Of a stretch of 64,000 bases of DNA, positions 48,376 through 61,699 are shown piece by piece. Each line of letters starts with the position of its first letter. Within the stretch, counting starts at the first letter, position 1. A program made the translations under genes and the position numbers. The stretch is from the NCBI GenBank assembly GCA_964270895.1, contig OZ185436.1, one strand, 5' to 3'. Source of the stretch: Podarcis filfolensis. Lineage: Eukaryota. The notes beneath the pieces were generated by a model, which worked only from the letters and a program-made list of their open reading frames with translations, did not search any database and was not told the DNA's origin.

Positions 48376-50469
48376 CTGGAAAAGAAAAGAAAGTTCAGCA
48401 ACCAACTAGCATGCTTTCCAGAGATCAGGGTGCTTTAATTCACCTGACTGAGCAACTTACTCCTTCGAAACATGCATACAAAGTAGTTGGTTTTTACATG
48501 GTTAGTTGGCATACCTAAGGACCTTCTGCACTCATACACCTGGCTAGGTCTCTCTTCACAGTTCCCCTCAAACACCAACAATGCACAACACAGTAGAAAA
48601 GAACGAACAAAACACAACATGTACTGCATTGTGTTTGGATCTGGAGTTATTCTTAGTGTTACGCTGTGATCTTCTCCTCTTACTTTATTAACCCCTTCCC
48701 CACCAATTTGATCAGCCCACCTCACAATCCACCAATCTGCACTGCAATTAGAAAGCACAATGTGCTTTATAAATTGCAGGCGCTGTACTGAGATTAGGGA
48801 TGAAATCCAACAGTACATCCGCCAGCCAAATTGACACAATTGACAAAAAAATTCCCTGCCCCCTGCAATCCTTCTACACTCCCCCTCTAAATCTGCTCCA
48901 GAAAGTTAGAAGACCCTCAGGAGCAGATGAATATTTGTATGTGTGGGTGGCAGAAGGGCCATTCAATGTTGGCTATTGCCCTACGTCCTTATTGTTTCTT
49001 GCACAAACATGGAAAAAGCAAAGAAAAATTAAAGCCACAAGGTATCTCACAGCAGCAAAGATGTTTACAATTAGAGGTGGGCTTCAAGACTTCTCTAAGG
49101 GTGAAAAACAACCACCTCTCCTTGGTTAAGGCGCCACATGTGTACAGGCATCTCTGTACAGCATAGGACCCTCAAGAAGGGGGGGGAGGCATTATGTAGA
49201 TCAAAGGTAGAAACTGAGGAGAAATTATATGTAACAAAATGAAGCAAAGGAGAAGGATCTGGACACAGCCAGAATCAAAGCTGAAACAATTTGAAGCACG
49301 CACACAACTGTGTGCTCAAACGCTGAATTTTATCTAGCTGTACAAACATCAGGATGATGGCAAGAACTCAGTTTTAGAATTTCTTATTCCCTAAACTGGA
49401 AATAGATCTGGGAAATATTGACAATGTGGTGATGTATGAAGAGGTAGCTCTGAAGTTGGTGATACTAATTTCCGCACTGTTGATATTGGGCAGCAAAATG
49501 GAACCATCTCCAACTTCTTGAGAAAAAGCAGGTTAGCGAATTAAAGTAAGGATGAATTTGTAAGAGAACGGCAAACAAATGAGGTACCCAATCTCATTTA
49601 TATCCCCTTAGCATTTACCGAACAGAGAAGCACTGGGTGGAAGTAAGCCCATGGCCTACTGTGGGATCAAACTGACATTTTCCTACCTAGCAAATATAGC
49701 TGCTTATGATTAAAACGCACACTGCAAATGGAACTTTTTAAGAACAAGAAATTAACCACACAACATCTTAGAGACTTTCAGGGCCAAACCAGAAGAAGCA
49801 TGGAAGCATACAAACTGTTTCACAACTATTCTTGGTTTGACTTTAACGCATCTGTGAAGAGCTCCAAATCAGACTGGAGCACGGAAAGCACTGCTTAACA
49901 CTTTATTCACAGGATATTACTGTGATCAAAACCCTGCCCCCTCCTGGCTACTCTTCCCCCTGCAGGGGAAACCATACTAGGTCATCATCAATTTGGCCCT
50001 GAAGGAAAAACAGCTACTGACACGGTGGAGGTGCAATTCTGATTCCGTAAACAGCCTAGATGGAAGAGAATGAGCCGCTCCCCCCACCCTAATTAAATGC
50101 ATGAGTTGAAAACAGAAATTGTTTGGAGACATGCTGCAAGTCTCCCACATCAAGTCAACTTTGATCCTGTGTACAAAGATATCTAATGTGCTGTAAAATA
50201 AGTGACTGAGAACAAGCTGCTTGGGTGATTAGTACAATTTGCTAATACCAATTCAGCTTCTCCTTTTGGGGGCTCCCCTATGATACTATTAAAAGGTTGC
50301 AAAGAGAGGAACACTGGCCATGAGACCACGTGCAATCAAGGCAACTCAAGACACAGCATATGATCATCTTAAACACCTCACAAGTTATTAATTACATAAA
50401 AGTATAAATGTCAGGTAACACATGCAAGAAACCCCCGTCACCTGCATTGCAAACTTAACAATCAACAGA

Positions 50470-50690
50470 GGATGTCTTGGCAGTCAGAGTACAGCTAGTT
50501 GGAGCTTGCAAATCCATAGTTCAAATCTTGCCTTGATTATTTGGCCTTAGGTAAATCACTATTGGCCCCTATATCTGCAATATGGAGGTAATAATAGTGG
50601 CTTACCTAGCGGAAGTGTGCTCAAGATTTCTGAGATGATGTGTACACAACTCTTTTTGCATCTGAGAAATGACTATAAATGCTAAATACC
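50470..50690 (+). mobile_element. MIR-like CORE-SINE
   Basis: ...ATCTGCAATATGGAGGTAATAATAGTGGCTTACCT...CTATAAATGCTAA resembles the CORE domain. Another fragment lies at about 63490-63590. Confidence 0.65.
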
Positions 50691-50870
50691 ATGGTTAATT
50701 TTAGGCTATAGAATTATTCAAGTTCACTGACTTCACAGTTCTTAAATAGTTTGCATTATTAATTCTAAAATAAATGCTATTGATATCTCTAAGCAACAAA
50801 CAAACAAACATTTTTTTTGTAGTAAGTCAATGAAGCCTGCAAATGGATGGGAGAGATCCTGACAAGTTAC

Positions 50871-50990
50871 CTGCTTGTTCTTCATCAACTTCCATGGGAA
50901 GAAGTGCCTGATTAGTTGCAGAGGCTTCACTGCGGCTCTCTGCCATAGCCACTCCATCTTCCTGTGCTACCTCCTCCATTTCATTCAGTG
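50871..50990 (-). CDS. FBXO38: FBXO38 exon 13: ALNEMEEVAQEDGVAMAESRSEASATNQALLPMEVDEEQA
   Basis: 120 nt, CAG/GTAACT, phase 1-1. Confidence 0.95.
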
Positions 50991-51890
50991 CTGCAAAGAG
51001 AGATAAGAATGACTGAGATAAGGAGGATGAAGACACCACTCTTTATTAAGGAGGCAGAAGCTGGTCACACATAATTGCATGACAATCTTAGGAAGGCTCC
51101 AAAGCACTGCGACTATGGAGGAGCATCTGTCTTTGCCCGGGAAACTTAACAAGGCAGATCTCCACTAATCTGAAAGGCATTTAGATCCATTTCTATATTG
51201 TAGCTTTCGATGAGGATTCTGCCCTTTAATCATTCTCAGACAGAAAATGGGGGCCTTCATGCCAAAAGAAGAAAGTGAATGAAAACTGAAACTACTAATT
51301 TAACTGTATAATATTTATGGTGGTTGTTATACCAGGAGCATTAAGTCACTTTAGAGCTGTTAAATAGGAAGAAAGTACCATTAACTGGTTTTAAGTCCTC
51401 CTGCTGTGGCAACGTTATATATTGACGAGAAATGAGAAAAGTGTTATTAATGCCAAATCAAAATGAATAGCTTTATAGCATTTTATGGCAGTGTTAGGCG
51501 TTGCTCAGATGCTTAGGAAATGCTTGTGAACATTAATAGCCTGAATATCAATTGGAGATGTTAATGTGTGCTTTATTGGTTAATAAACCAATAATAGTCC
51601 AAAGCGCCTGGAGACAGTCAGGTCAGGTATCCACAGCAGTGACCAGAGGGGAAATGACTGCTAGGAGCAGTGCAGAAAGAAGAAACGCCATGGTACAACT
51701 GCATCAGCACAAGCAGATGCCTTCATCTGAAAGAAAACATGACTCCCATATTGGTCTCTGCAGCCACAGCAGGCGCTGTAACTCTCCAGTGGTTTGACTT
51801 CACCCCCAAAGGCGCCCTCCCAAGACAGATGGATGCCGACCAATTTACTGGTCCAGTACTAAAAACAAACAAAACTGTTTCCTGAATTAC

Positions 51891-52110
51891 CTTCTGCTGC
51901 AATCTGCTGTTCTTCCACCTGCTCCTCCTGTCGCAGCTCGTTCTCCTCGTTCTGGTCATTTGGTTGCTGGTGGTTGTTATGGTGTATATTGGCATTATTG
52001 TTCTGGTGATTATTATTGTTGTCGTTTTCATTGTTGGAGTTCTGATTGCTGACCAAAGCAGAGGAAACACCAATCCCAGTGCCTGCACTAAGACCTACAC
52101 GAGCACAACC
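51891..52110 (-). CDS. FBXO38: FBXO38 exon 12: [27 protein letters not shown]... Asn/Gln/His-rich ...QQIAAE
   Basis: 220 nt, CAG/GTAATT, phase 0-1. Confidence 0.96.
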
Positions 52111-52879
52111 CTGAAATGCAGTAAAAATTGTTGACAGCAACTGGCAAGAGGCTCCAAAACAAAACACAGTTTGAAATCGGCGATATCTTCCATGATACAT
52201 AGACCACAGTGTACTGCTTCTTAAACAAAGAGATTTGAAGCAAGCAATTCCACATTGCCAACTGCTCTTAACCTCTGCATGGCCATTTCAAACCTCCTGC
52301 CCTGAGACAAGTGAACACTTCCCATGAGCCAAACCAATAAGGTTGTGATGTACAAGTCAATCATGATACTGTGAGCTATACGACGCTACTTTTCTGGTTA
52401 CCAGTTGGTTCAATATGAAGAGACAGAACACTACAGGTAACATTAGGAAGGTGTTGTGAGTCATCACACTATTAAGACAAGGAAGTACAACATGCTTTTG
52501 CAGAAATCTATTGTGTAAATTTATTCTATTTATGGAGGCGAATACGTAATCGTGGGAAAATGTAAGAGGGGATATGAAGTTGGTTTGTAGCCAAGGATGC
52601 AACCCTACTTACTGAACAGTAAACAACATTAATGTAGTGGGATTTACTTCTGAGTAAACATGCACATGACTGCACAGCAAGTGAATAAAATTTCACGATG
52701 GCTATAACTTTCCTCTGTGGTTGGCTTTGCCTTGCCTTCTGCTTCCTCTCCTTCCCCATCCTTTGGGGCCTTCATCTCTCACTCTACTTCCTCAAATCCC
52801 TTGCTGTTGCTCATTTATATTTCTTCATTTACGTTTCAAGACAAAAGCCGCACTCGTCACTGCTCACATTTATTTTATG

Positions 52880-53130
52880 TTTGCTTTTTAATATGTATTT
52901 TTATTAAAGATTTCTTGGTTTACAAAAGTATGTGCAATATCTCTTTTTTCAAGTTACATTTTCTATAAATCAGTTTCATTTGCTGAGACTTTAGTGTTAC
53001 ATTAGGAAGAAAGGGGGAAAAGAGGTAGAGGGGGCGTGGTGAGTGGGGGTGGGATCGGGTGGCAATGTTTCTATTTTACTTCATGTATGTGTGGGGTTTT
53101 GTGTCAGCGTCGCTTGTGCAGGTTCTCACA
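52880..53130 (-). mobile_element. L1-like 3' UTR fragment
   Basis: C-rich tract then AATAAA and an A-rich tail on the - strand; family assigned by recollection only. Confidence 0.45.
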
Positions 53131-54024
53131 TTTATTTTTAACCCTTGATTTCTCACCATGTCAAGCAGAGAAGTATCTGCATCTTTCCCTAGTCTGGTGC
53201 AAACTGGTTGCTAAGCAAGCAAGCAAGCCTGAGATAAGGATAGGAACTGGAATAGCAGCTTCTGATGATACAGAGGTACAGCTGTCTTTCTAAAGTAGAA
53301 GACAGCAGTGCTGTACCATATGCAGTCCCTAGGGAGGAAGGGACAGGTGTGTGTGTGGGGGGGGGGTGCTCTTTCCTGGGTGAGAGGCTGTAGGCTTCCC
53401 AAACATATGCTATTATTTCAGCCTGTCTCAGCTTTTACATAATCCCTCTCCATCAAGGCAGACAGATTCACAGAAGTGTGATACATTGCTACAGAATATA
53501 TGTAGTGAAATATGCAAACTAGTCATGGCTCTCTGGTTTTTGATAGTCTTCCAGTATTGTTCAATTTTGGGCAAAGTAAGAGATTCCATGACATAACAAA
53601 TCTAATTTTCTTAAGCATGAAATTAAACCAAATGAAAAGAAAGGGGGAATGCAAAATATAAAGATCTGCAAGAATTCCAGCAAAATGAGATCGTTGCAGC
53701 GATGTAGACGTAATTCAGACATTCTTGTAACAAGCTTCTTGCTCATTATAATTTGCAGTATTTATACTAATTACAATGTAAATAGTAATTATAGTAGTAA
53801 TTATACTACTATAATTTGCAGTACTGAACTTGTTTTCATTTTCATGTTACTGCTTTCCTAATATGGTCACTGAACCATGGTTTGAACATTTAAAAACAGT
53901 TACCTGAAGTACTTTTTAATCAGAAGTTTAAAAAATACATACCAAAAGTCTAGTATATTTCACATACCCTAAAGACATTTGAAGCACACAGCAAAGTACA
54001 CTTTAAAAAACCCAAACACCTTAC

Positions 54025-54167
54025 CTTGGGAGGTTCCCGGAACATCTGGTCCAGAGAGATAAACTCCAGGCTTGGCAGTAACTCAATAAACTGACTAAAT
54101 GAGTCTAGTTTTATTGCATGGCATCTCACCAAGGTGAGATCAAACAGCCGAGTCCATCTTGAATGAT
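54025..54167 (-). CDS. FBXO38: FBXO38 exon 11: [48 protein letters not shown]
   Basis: 143 nt, TAG/GTAAGG, phase 1-0. Confidence 0.96.
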
Positions 54168-54929
54168 CTATTGCAGGGTGGGGAGAGTGAGCGAAATAAA
54201 TGAACTTAATTAACAGATTTCTTACCTAAAATCTGCTTAACTATTCCCCACTTAAAGTTCTAAGTTTCAATTTAGAATCGTCACCATTCTAAAAAAGGTA
54301 TACTTCCTAGCTATTCTGATGCATCCACTCTTAACTGAGGTCCTTTGCCTACTCAGAATGCCAAAAAACAAGTGACTAATAAAATCTAGCCTTTTGCAGT
54401 TAGTTGCTAAGACAGAACAGAAACTGTCACTATGGCCCAAAAGAATTTAGCTTCCTAATTGAAAATGTATTCTCTTAATTTTGGTATAGACAAGAACTGA
54501 ACTCCATTTCTTAGAGACTGGAGTTGTGTAGCACACAGTCAATTAGCTCTTAGAAGGGAAATAAAATAGGGAAAGGAAATAATTTTGTTGACTGTCCAAG
54601 ATTTCATTTAATCAGTAGGTTTTAATGGAAGGAATCATTCTGGTAGGAGCTTCTGTTCATGAAAGGTCCCCTTTATGAGCCCAACTTTCATTCTATGAAC
54701 AAAATAAACTTTAATGGATCCCACCCATTAAAATCTGCTGGCTAAACTTGAAATTTTAGTCAATAGCAAAGTGGCATTCCCCCTTCTATTGATTACTTCT
54801 AGGGATCTCAAAAGTTTCAGGGTACACAATTCCTGGTGGCTTGTAGGTGGAGTAGATGGAGAACCCCCATAGCATGTGAACGTATTAGAATAGCCAGGAA
54901 GTACGGATTTCTTTATAATGGTGGCACTC

Positions 54930-55450
54930 TGCCTTTTTACCCCAACAAACCCAAATACAATTTATCAAATCATCATCATCATCACCAAAACAAGATCAAG
55001 GCATCTAGTATGCAGGCAATTAAAAGCGGAAGAATGGGATATGTTCAAGAGATATCTACAAAAAAATAACAGTGATATACTATCTATGGCACCATTTGAA
55101 TGACCCTTGTGAATATAAAACACTGAGAAATAAGGGAAAAGGGTACAATATGTTGTAAGCAAGTATTAGAAAATATATTAAGAGTAAGGTAATAATCATA
55201 AGTACATTCACTATTATAAGTGTTAATTATATCGTGAAATGATGGGAAGTTTACTTTATATTATTTTATGTTATTCTATGTTATCGTATTCTATTTTAGT
55301 TTAGTTAGAATTTATGAGGAAAGAGAATGTTTAAGTCTAAATTAATCTTTCACGTTAAATTTATTTAAGATTATTTTTCTTTCTTTGTACTTGTACGTGT
55401 GAATTTAACATTGTGTATGATACCAAGGAACTTCAAAAAAGTTTTTTTTT
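54930..55450 (+). mobile_element. Decayed L1-like 3' end
   Basis: EEWDMFKRYLQK motif followed by an AT-rich UTR. Confidence 0.45.
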
Positions 55451-55789
55451 TAAAAAAAAGCGGCAGCAAATCTCTGAAAGAATATTCAAATTTGCTTACC
55501 AAAAGCTCAAAAAAATAAATAAAACCACTCTGAATTTTCATCAAAAGCCAAGAGAGATGGTGTCAAACAAAACATCTCAGGAAAGGGTGTACACAGTTAG
55601 GGTAACACAGTTAAGGCCCCATCTCTGGTTGCCACCTGCTTAAACTCTGAAGTCATACTGGAACTTAAAGGTGTCTATCCGAGAAGTGTAATAATCACTA
55701 ACAGTGGTCAATTTAATTAAGTGGGGCTGCATTTCGTTTGCTAAAGTGCTTTAACCCCTTAACCAGATATGTTCTTGTGCACACAGTAC

Positions 55790-55960
55790 CTGTGATCCAA
55801 CTGCTTGGATTGTGCAGATGAGGACAGTTGTATATAACAAGGTATTTAATGGAAGAGAACACTTCATTCACCGCTTTCATTCCAATGTCTGTGATGATGC
55901 CTGGATTTTCAACCACGTCAGCTAAGCCATATTTCACGAGGTCCGCATTAATCATTTTAC
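55790..55960 (-). CDS. FBXO38: FBXO38 exon 10: [56 protein letters not shown]
   Basis: 171 nt, CAG/GTACTG, phase 1-1. Confidence 0.96.
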
Positions 55961-57035
55961 CTGGGGTCAGGGGGAAGAGAACAGAAAAAAATAGCAACTT
56001 GCTCTTTCCCTAATTCTCTACAGCAATTCAGTCTGGGCACTGAATGAGCGCTTGAGTTTATCTGCTGGACCCAAACAATGGGATCAGTAAAGCAGGTAAA
56101 GTGAAGCCTTTAAAAATCAAAGTGCTTCAAAAGGTTGCAATTTCAACCATCATTGGTCTATAAAAGATACAGTCTTTATATTGCCTTTCACTTGTTTTAA
56201 ACTAAAAACCTTATCCATCAGAACTGCCAATGCAATCTCCCTGCCCCTTGCTTTATAAGGAATCAGTATGTCTAGTTGTGTCCCCCCCCCATAAGGGTAC
56301 AAATCACAGGGCTGGGTACGCAAGGGAGCAGGTATGAAGTAATAATGACATTACAACCGACCTGCCATCACATCTATCAATATAAAACATCTCCAGAGAC
56401 TTAGGATATTTACATTTGCTGCTTGCCTGGGATGAATGTCAAGTGAGCAGGCAAGTGGGAAATACACGTCCCTTCCTGCTCCTGAAGTCTTGCTTGTGCC
56501 AGTCCCTAGACTAGCACTGGTCAAAATGTTTGTCCCTGTCTCCTGGCAAATCAGAAAGAGCAGCAGCCCTGAGGCAGGAGCCACAATCCTCCCCTGTATT
56601 TCTATGGCTGGGGAAATGCCAACACATGCTGTGATTATTTCCTCTGCACTTGCACACTTATTCGCTTCTCTTCTGGAAAGAGGGACAGTTCATATGCAAT
56701 AGGCAGAAAGAAAAGGAGGAAGGGATAGCAAAAAGAGCTGCCTTCCAATTTGGACTCAAAATAGTGCATGACACTATCATAGCGTTTTCATGCACTACTG
56801 ACTCCACACCACATGGGAATTCTGAAGAATGTGGATTGTTTCCATACCACCAACAGATGACACCACAAAATCCAATGCCCACATGTCCATATTTGCACAA
56901 GCTATTTTAGTCTGTGTAAGACATCTGCAGGTGTTATCATGGAAAAGCATCAACAGGGAACTAGAGGCTGCTCATGCATTACACAAGGATGCATCATACA
57001 GCAGCTGGCCTCTCTAAGATTAGAAGCATATAGAC

Positions 57036-57156
57036 CAGGGATGGGAACCTGTGGCCCTCCAGATTTATTGGCCTCCCATCAGCATAGCCAATAATCAGAT
57101 ATGATGCTGTTGGATTGCAACTCACATCTGGAAGTTGAAAGGTTAGCTCATCCCCG
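57036..57156. mobile_element. Older hAT-type MITE
   Basis: CAGGGATGGGAACC...GGTTAGCTCATCCCCG termini; degenerate TSD ATATAGAC/ATCTAGGC. Related decayed copies at about 4010-4110, 15210-15345 and 43450-43555. Confidence 0.6.
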
Positions 57157-57230
57157 ATCTAGGCAGATAACATCCAGATCTACCCTAACATCTGACAGAT
57201 AACCCAAAGGAAAATTGAAGGATTTCATAC

Positions 57231-57361
57231 ACTGCAGCAAAAACTCATCAACGTATCCAAGATGTAGTGTTTCAAATTGTGGAAACTCCAATTCTGCCAT
57301 TTTTAGTGCAGAGAATACTCCATCTTTGGTTAGGGAAGGCTGGATTCGTACTTCGTGCAAC
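57231..57361 (-). CDS. FBXO38: FBXO38 exon 9: [43 protein letters not shown]
   Basis: 131 nt, CAG/GTATGA, phase 2-1. Confidence 0.97.
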
Positions 57362-57714
57362 CTGAAAAGAGAGGAAACAAAATGAGAAAAGCGTAGACTA
57401 ACAAATATTTCCTGGCACAGAATATGCACATTCACATAGGAGACAATACTTCTATTGTTTGTAACTTGCAAGAAGAATATGCCTATCACTGTGAGAGCAA
57501 TCTCAGGCTGTATACCATAAAATAGGCTTAAAACCACAATCGTCAATAATTTTTTAAAAAGCAAGGAGCAGATAAAATAGCAGCAAAAGCAACACCAATA
57601 CCACATCCCTGACAAAAATTAATATCTTAATAAAATCCTGATCAAATCAATGGGTCCATAGCTAGCACTGAAAACTCATAAGGGCCAGTTGTCAGTCACA
57701 GGTCTAAGAGGAGG

Positions 57715-57911
57715 GCGTTCCATACTTAAGGCATCATGGCAGAGAAGGCCCTTCCCTTGGTTGTTGCACAACAGATTTCCATTAGCTGCAGAGCAACCAA
57801 AACAGCTTCCTTAGCTGATCCAAGCCCACAGGCGAGTTGATATGGAAGGAGACACACCTTCAAATATTTAGATCCCAAATTGCTTAAGGCTTTATAAGTC
57901 ATTATTAGCAC
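57715..57911 (-). mobile_element. L2 LINE ORF2 fragment
   Basis: TYKALSNLGSKYLK..LLPY...RAFS motif. Confidence 0.8.
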
Positions 57912-58137
57912 CTTGAATTTGGCTCATCAACAAATGGGCAGCCAGTGCAATATTGTGAGGATTTTAAAAAATACGCTATGATGAAAAATAAGGCATTGCA
58001 GAATTAAAAGCAGTGCACAGAATTCACTAACATCAGTATGCAAAGGTCTATTAATATGACTTTTGTGTATAAACATAATGGTGACTCACTGGCAAATAAA
58101 ATTAAAAGGAGAAAGACTGCTGAAATGATTCAAGTAC

Positions 58138-58231
58138 CTTCGTGCAGCAGTTATGATGAGGTAGCCAAGGTCCACTTCCAGAGCATTCTTGCAGGCTCCC
58201 AGAACTATAGTGTGCAAATTTCTAAAGCCCC
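58138..58231 (-). CDS. FBXO38: FBXO38 exon 8: [32 protein letters not shown]
   Basis: 94 nt, CAG/GTACTT, phase 1-2. Found by manual translation. Confidence 0.96.
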
Positions 58232-59271
58232 CTGTTGATAGATAAGAGGGATTCACTATATTTGAGTATCAATACTAAGCCTCCCTGGAATAATTATGTA
58301 CACAGTGTCTTGGAGAAACAACAGCAAAACTCTACAGTTTCATCTCAATATAGGCTCCACCAATCCTTGTCTATAAAGGATAGTCTGACTAAAGAAACAA
58401 ACTTAAATTTGCTTCAGCACATTTCTATTTATTGAGCATACATCAATCTCAATGCTTGTACCCAATTACAACACACTCACAATAGACCAGCTGAAATAGC
58501 TGGACCTGAATAACTTAAATCCATTGATTTCAGTAGGGTTACACTGAGTATGACTTAGCTAGATACAAGTCAGTATCAAAAAAAAAACACCCCTGTGTGC
58601 TCTGCAATATCTGAGTGGAATGATGTGTCTCTTTTTATCATGGATGCACAGATTGGGAAGCAGCTGTTAGTATATTTCTGAGCTGTATACATGGAATAAA
58701 AAAGGACACCGATTCTCAAATGTTGGCAAGTATATAATTTTTCTCCCAACAGCAATTAATTAAATGGCAGCAAATGTGTTGTCTGCAACCTCCACAGGCC
58801 ATTCACTGGTGTGAAGAAAGACTTCCCCACTGCCTTTTCTAGCACGCTTAATATCTCAACAATAAAGCCCTGTTACAGCACTTTCAAATACAGCAGACAT
58901 TTGACACCCACAATGCTTCTTTTCACAATGGATAGATTGCATGAGAAGAATCTAGCTGAATATCAATGGAGGCTCTGGTTCACAGAAAATGGTGTGTTTG
59001 TGAACAAGCTAAGGCTAGCATCACCTACAGCATGGTGAATGTACATGCTGGGACCATGAGTGAACAAGTTCTTAGTCTCCCATGTAGTCTAAGGCAAAGT
59101 ATTCAGCATCGTGAAATCCAATTATTGGTTTAAACTTTAAAAAGAAATATCTAAATTTACCTATTACCTTCACTTGCTTTCACACACCACCACAAAGTCT
59201 TAGAAAAGTAAATACTGTCAGTAGTTGGTTTCAAAGAACAAATTTTGTATTGCAAGTAAGAGACTGCATAC

Positions 59272-59409
59272 CAGATCTCCAGCTGTCTTCTACAACATGC
59301 TGAATAAGACCCCCGAGGAAGGGAACTCGAACTAATTCTAGATGTTCCAGATTTCGGGCAGAAGCCAATCCTGTGACCAAGGGGACATACTTCAACGAGT
59401 TTGTGGGTC
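59272..59409 (-). CDS. FBXO38: FBXO38 exon 7: [46 protein letters not shown]
   Basis: 138 nt, TAG/GTATGC, phase 1-1. Confidence 0.97.
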
Positions 59410-59870
59410 CTACAAAAGACAGAAATATTCCAGTAGTCAGCATTCACTGGTGAATGGCTAGGTAAACATTTTTATGTACAGCAGCAACATCATTATAATG
59501 CTCATAGATGACTTTTCAAACATTGTACCCAAGTGGGGAAATGGTTTGCTTACTAGTACTGAAAAGAAAATGCAGAAAATGCCCATATGAACAGATTTAC
59601 AGAGCTATAGTTCTGTATTGCTACAGAAGCACTATAGGAAGTTCCATGTTGAAAGCAACAACACACCTGGAAAACATATTAGATAAAATTGCCAGCAAAG
59701 ACGTAGTTCAATTCTCACAATGTTAAACTGACTAAATAGTCATTTGGTTGTTAAGCAAGTTATTTGCTATTTCCTTATTCAAACTTACTTTGAACACAGA
59801 TCCACATTCACTGTTAGTAAATGAGAAGCATACCCTCCCCTCCCAATATAAATTCGAGAAAGGGACCTTA

Positions 59871-60068
<198 letters not shown>

Positions 60069-60261
60069 TCAAGGACAAACACTTAAAGGCTTAATTTTTG
60101 TAGGGGTGTGTGCAAGCAATACTTGCAGACTAGTACTTTAGTCTGCAAAGGAAACAGTGTTCAAGCTGAGAATTCAGCACAAGTGAAATAAGTGCGCTTT
60201 CTGATTTCACAGCTTTTCAGTCATGATGTATCCACTGGAAGTATTTCACTACAATGCTTAC

Positions 60262-60427
60262 CTACTAAGTGCAAAGTCTGAATTTTAGCTCCTATTGGTA
60301 TTTTTAGTTTATTTTCAGCTGGAATTGGGAAGGCACCATTGCGATTTCGAAACTTTCCAAGGATGTGAACTTGTGGCATGTATGTCCAAATGGCTTCTAC
60401 CAGTTCCAAGTGGGAAGTTTCAACTCC
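60262..60427 (-). CDS. FBXO38: FBXO38 exon 5: [55 protein letters not shown]
   Basis: 166 nt, TAG/GTAAGC, phase 0-1. Confidence 0.97.
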
Positions 60428-61535
60428 CTAAAGCAAAAAACCAAAAAACCCAGTATAGAATGATGGGAAATCTCAATCATTAGCATAAGCGCTCTCGCAC
60501 ACACACTCTCTCTCAAGTAACAATTAGTAGTAAGAATAATCTTCAACATTTGAGCTCTTTCAATTCATGTAAGCAGCAGTAAAAAAACCGAACTCAATTG
60601 ACACATGCATTTCTTAGTTATGATGTTGTAATAACTCATGCCTAGCTTACACTGCAATAGATCTAAAATTCTAAAGTTTACTTTTACTTGCTAGTGATTG
60701 ATACACCTACCTTTCCATAAATCCCAGGCAACTAACAATAAAAACATGCAACTAAATTATCTTAACATCAATTAAGTTTACAAATTCAGTGCTATAAAAA
60801 CAGAAAGAAATTAATCCAATTAGATTAAGTATTTCGAAACTTCAAAAAAGGTTCGAAGGAATACTTCAACTTTTTTTAAGCCTAAGTATTGAAGTTCAGA
60901 TAAATTCCTCAAAGAAAAGAATTCAAAAGTTTTATATAGGTGGAATTACACAATGGAAAACAGACCTTGATTTCCAATGTCAAAATCAGTAGCTACTGCA
61001 GAAGGCAAGAGAATCTGATTTTTTTTAATGCAGTAGAATATGCATAGGTCTCATAGATGAAAGGTAAACCTTTTTAACATGACGGTTCTGAAGCTACCAA
61101 TTTGCTCTGTCACCTGTAATCAGTTTTTGGACCTTCCCGGCCCACCCTTCGTTCTGCATATAATCCACATATCGTGCAAACAAAAATAAGTGATTAAATG
61201 GTGTAGATTCACAGACATATGAATAGCTATTTGTACATTATTTTCCAGTCACATAATTTCTGGCCCATCTGTTTGCAACAGTTGGATTTTAAGGAGAGAA
61301 TTCAAGATTTAATTAAAAGCACAGCTGAATAATAGCTGAATCTAAAATTCAGTTGCTGTAGCTAATAATATGATAAATAGCTATAAGTGAATGGAACTGA
61401 ACAAAATCCATGAGATACAGCACCATCTGCTGTTTTGTACAACCATATCCATCCCCTCACGCCCCACAAGTATGATCAAGGATCACAACTGCCATATGAA
61501 CATGTATGTTTATATTTTGAATATACAACACCTAC

Positions 61536-61699
61536 TAGTAGATTTGGGCAAGCTTGCAGGGCTTCTAGAACTCCTGGAATGCTGAAAGCTTCATAACCAC
61601 GAACTCTGCGCCTGTCCAGGTGCCTGGGGTGAAGCCCATATAGCTGCTCAATATCTGGCATTTTCTTCAGCAATGTCAGGAAGCTGGAATCTGTGAATC
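61536..61699 (-). CDS. FBXO38: FBXO38 exon 4: [55 protein letters not shown]
   Basis: 164 nt, CAG/GTAGGT, phase 1-0. Confidence 0.97.

Noticed and set aside
53025-53062. G-quadruplex-like tract
   Set aside because: Part of an L1-type 3' UTR fragment; commonplace.
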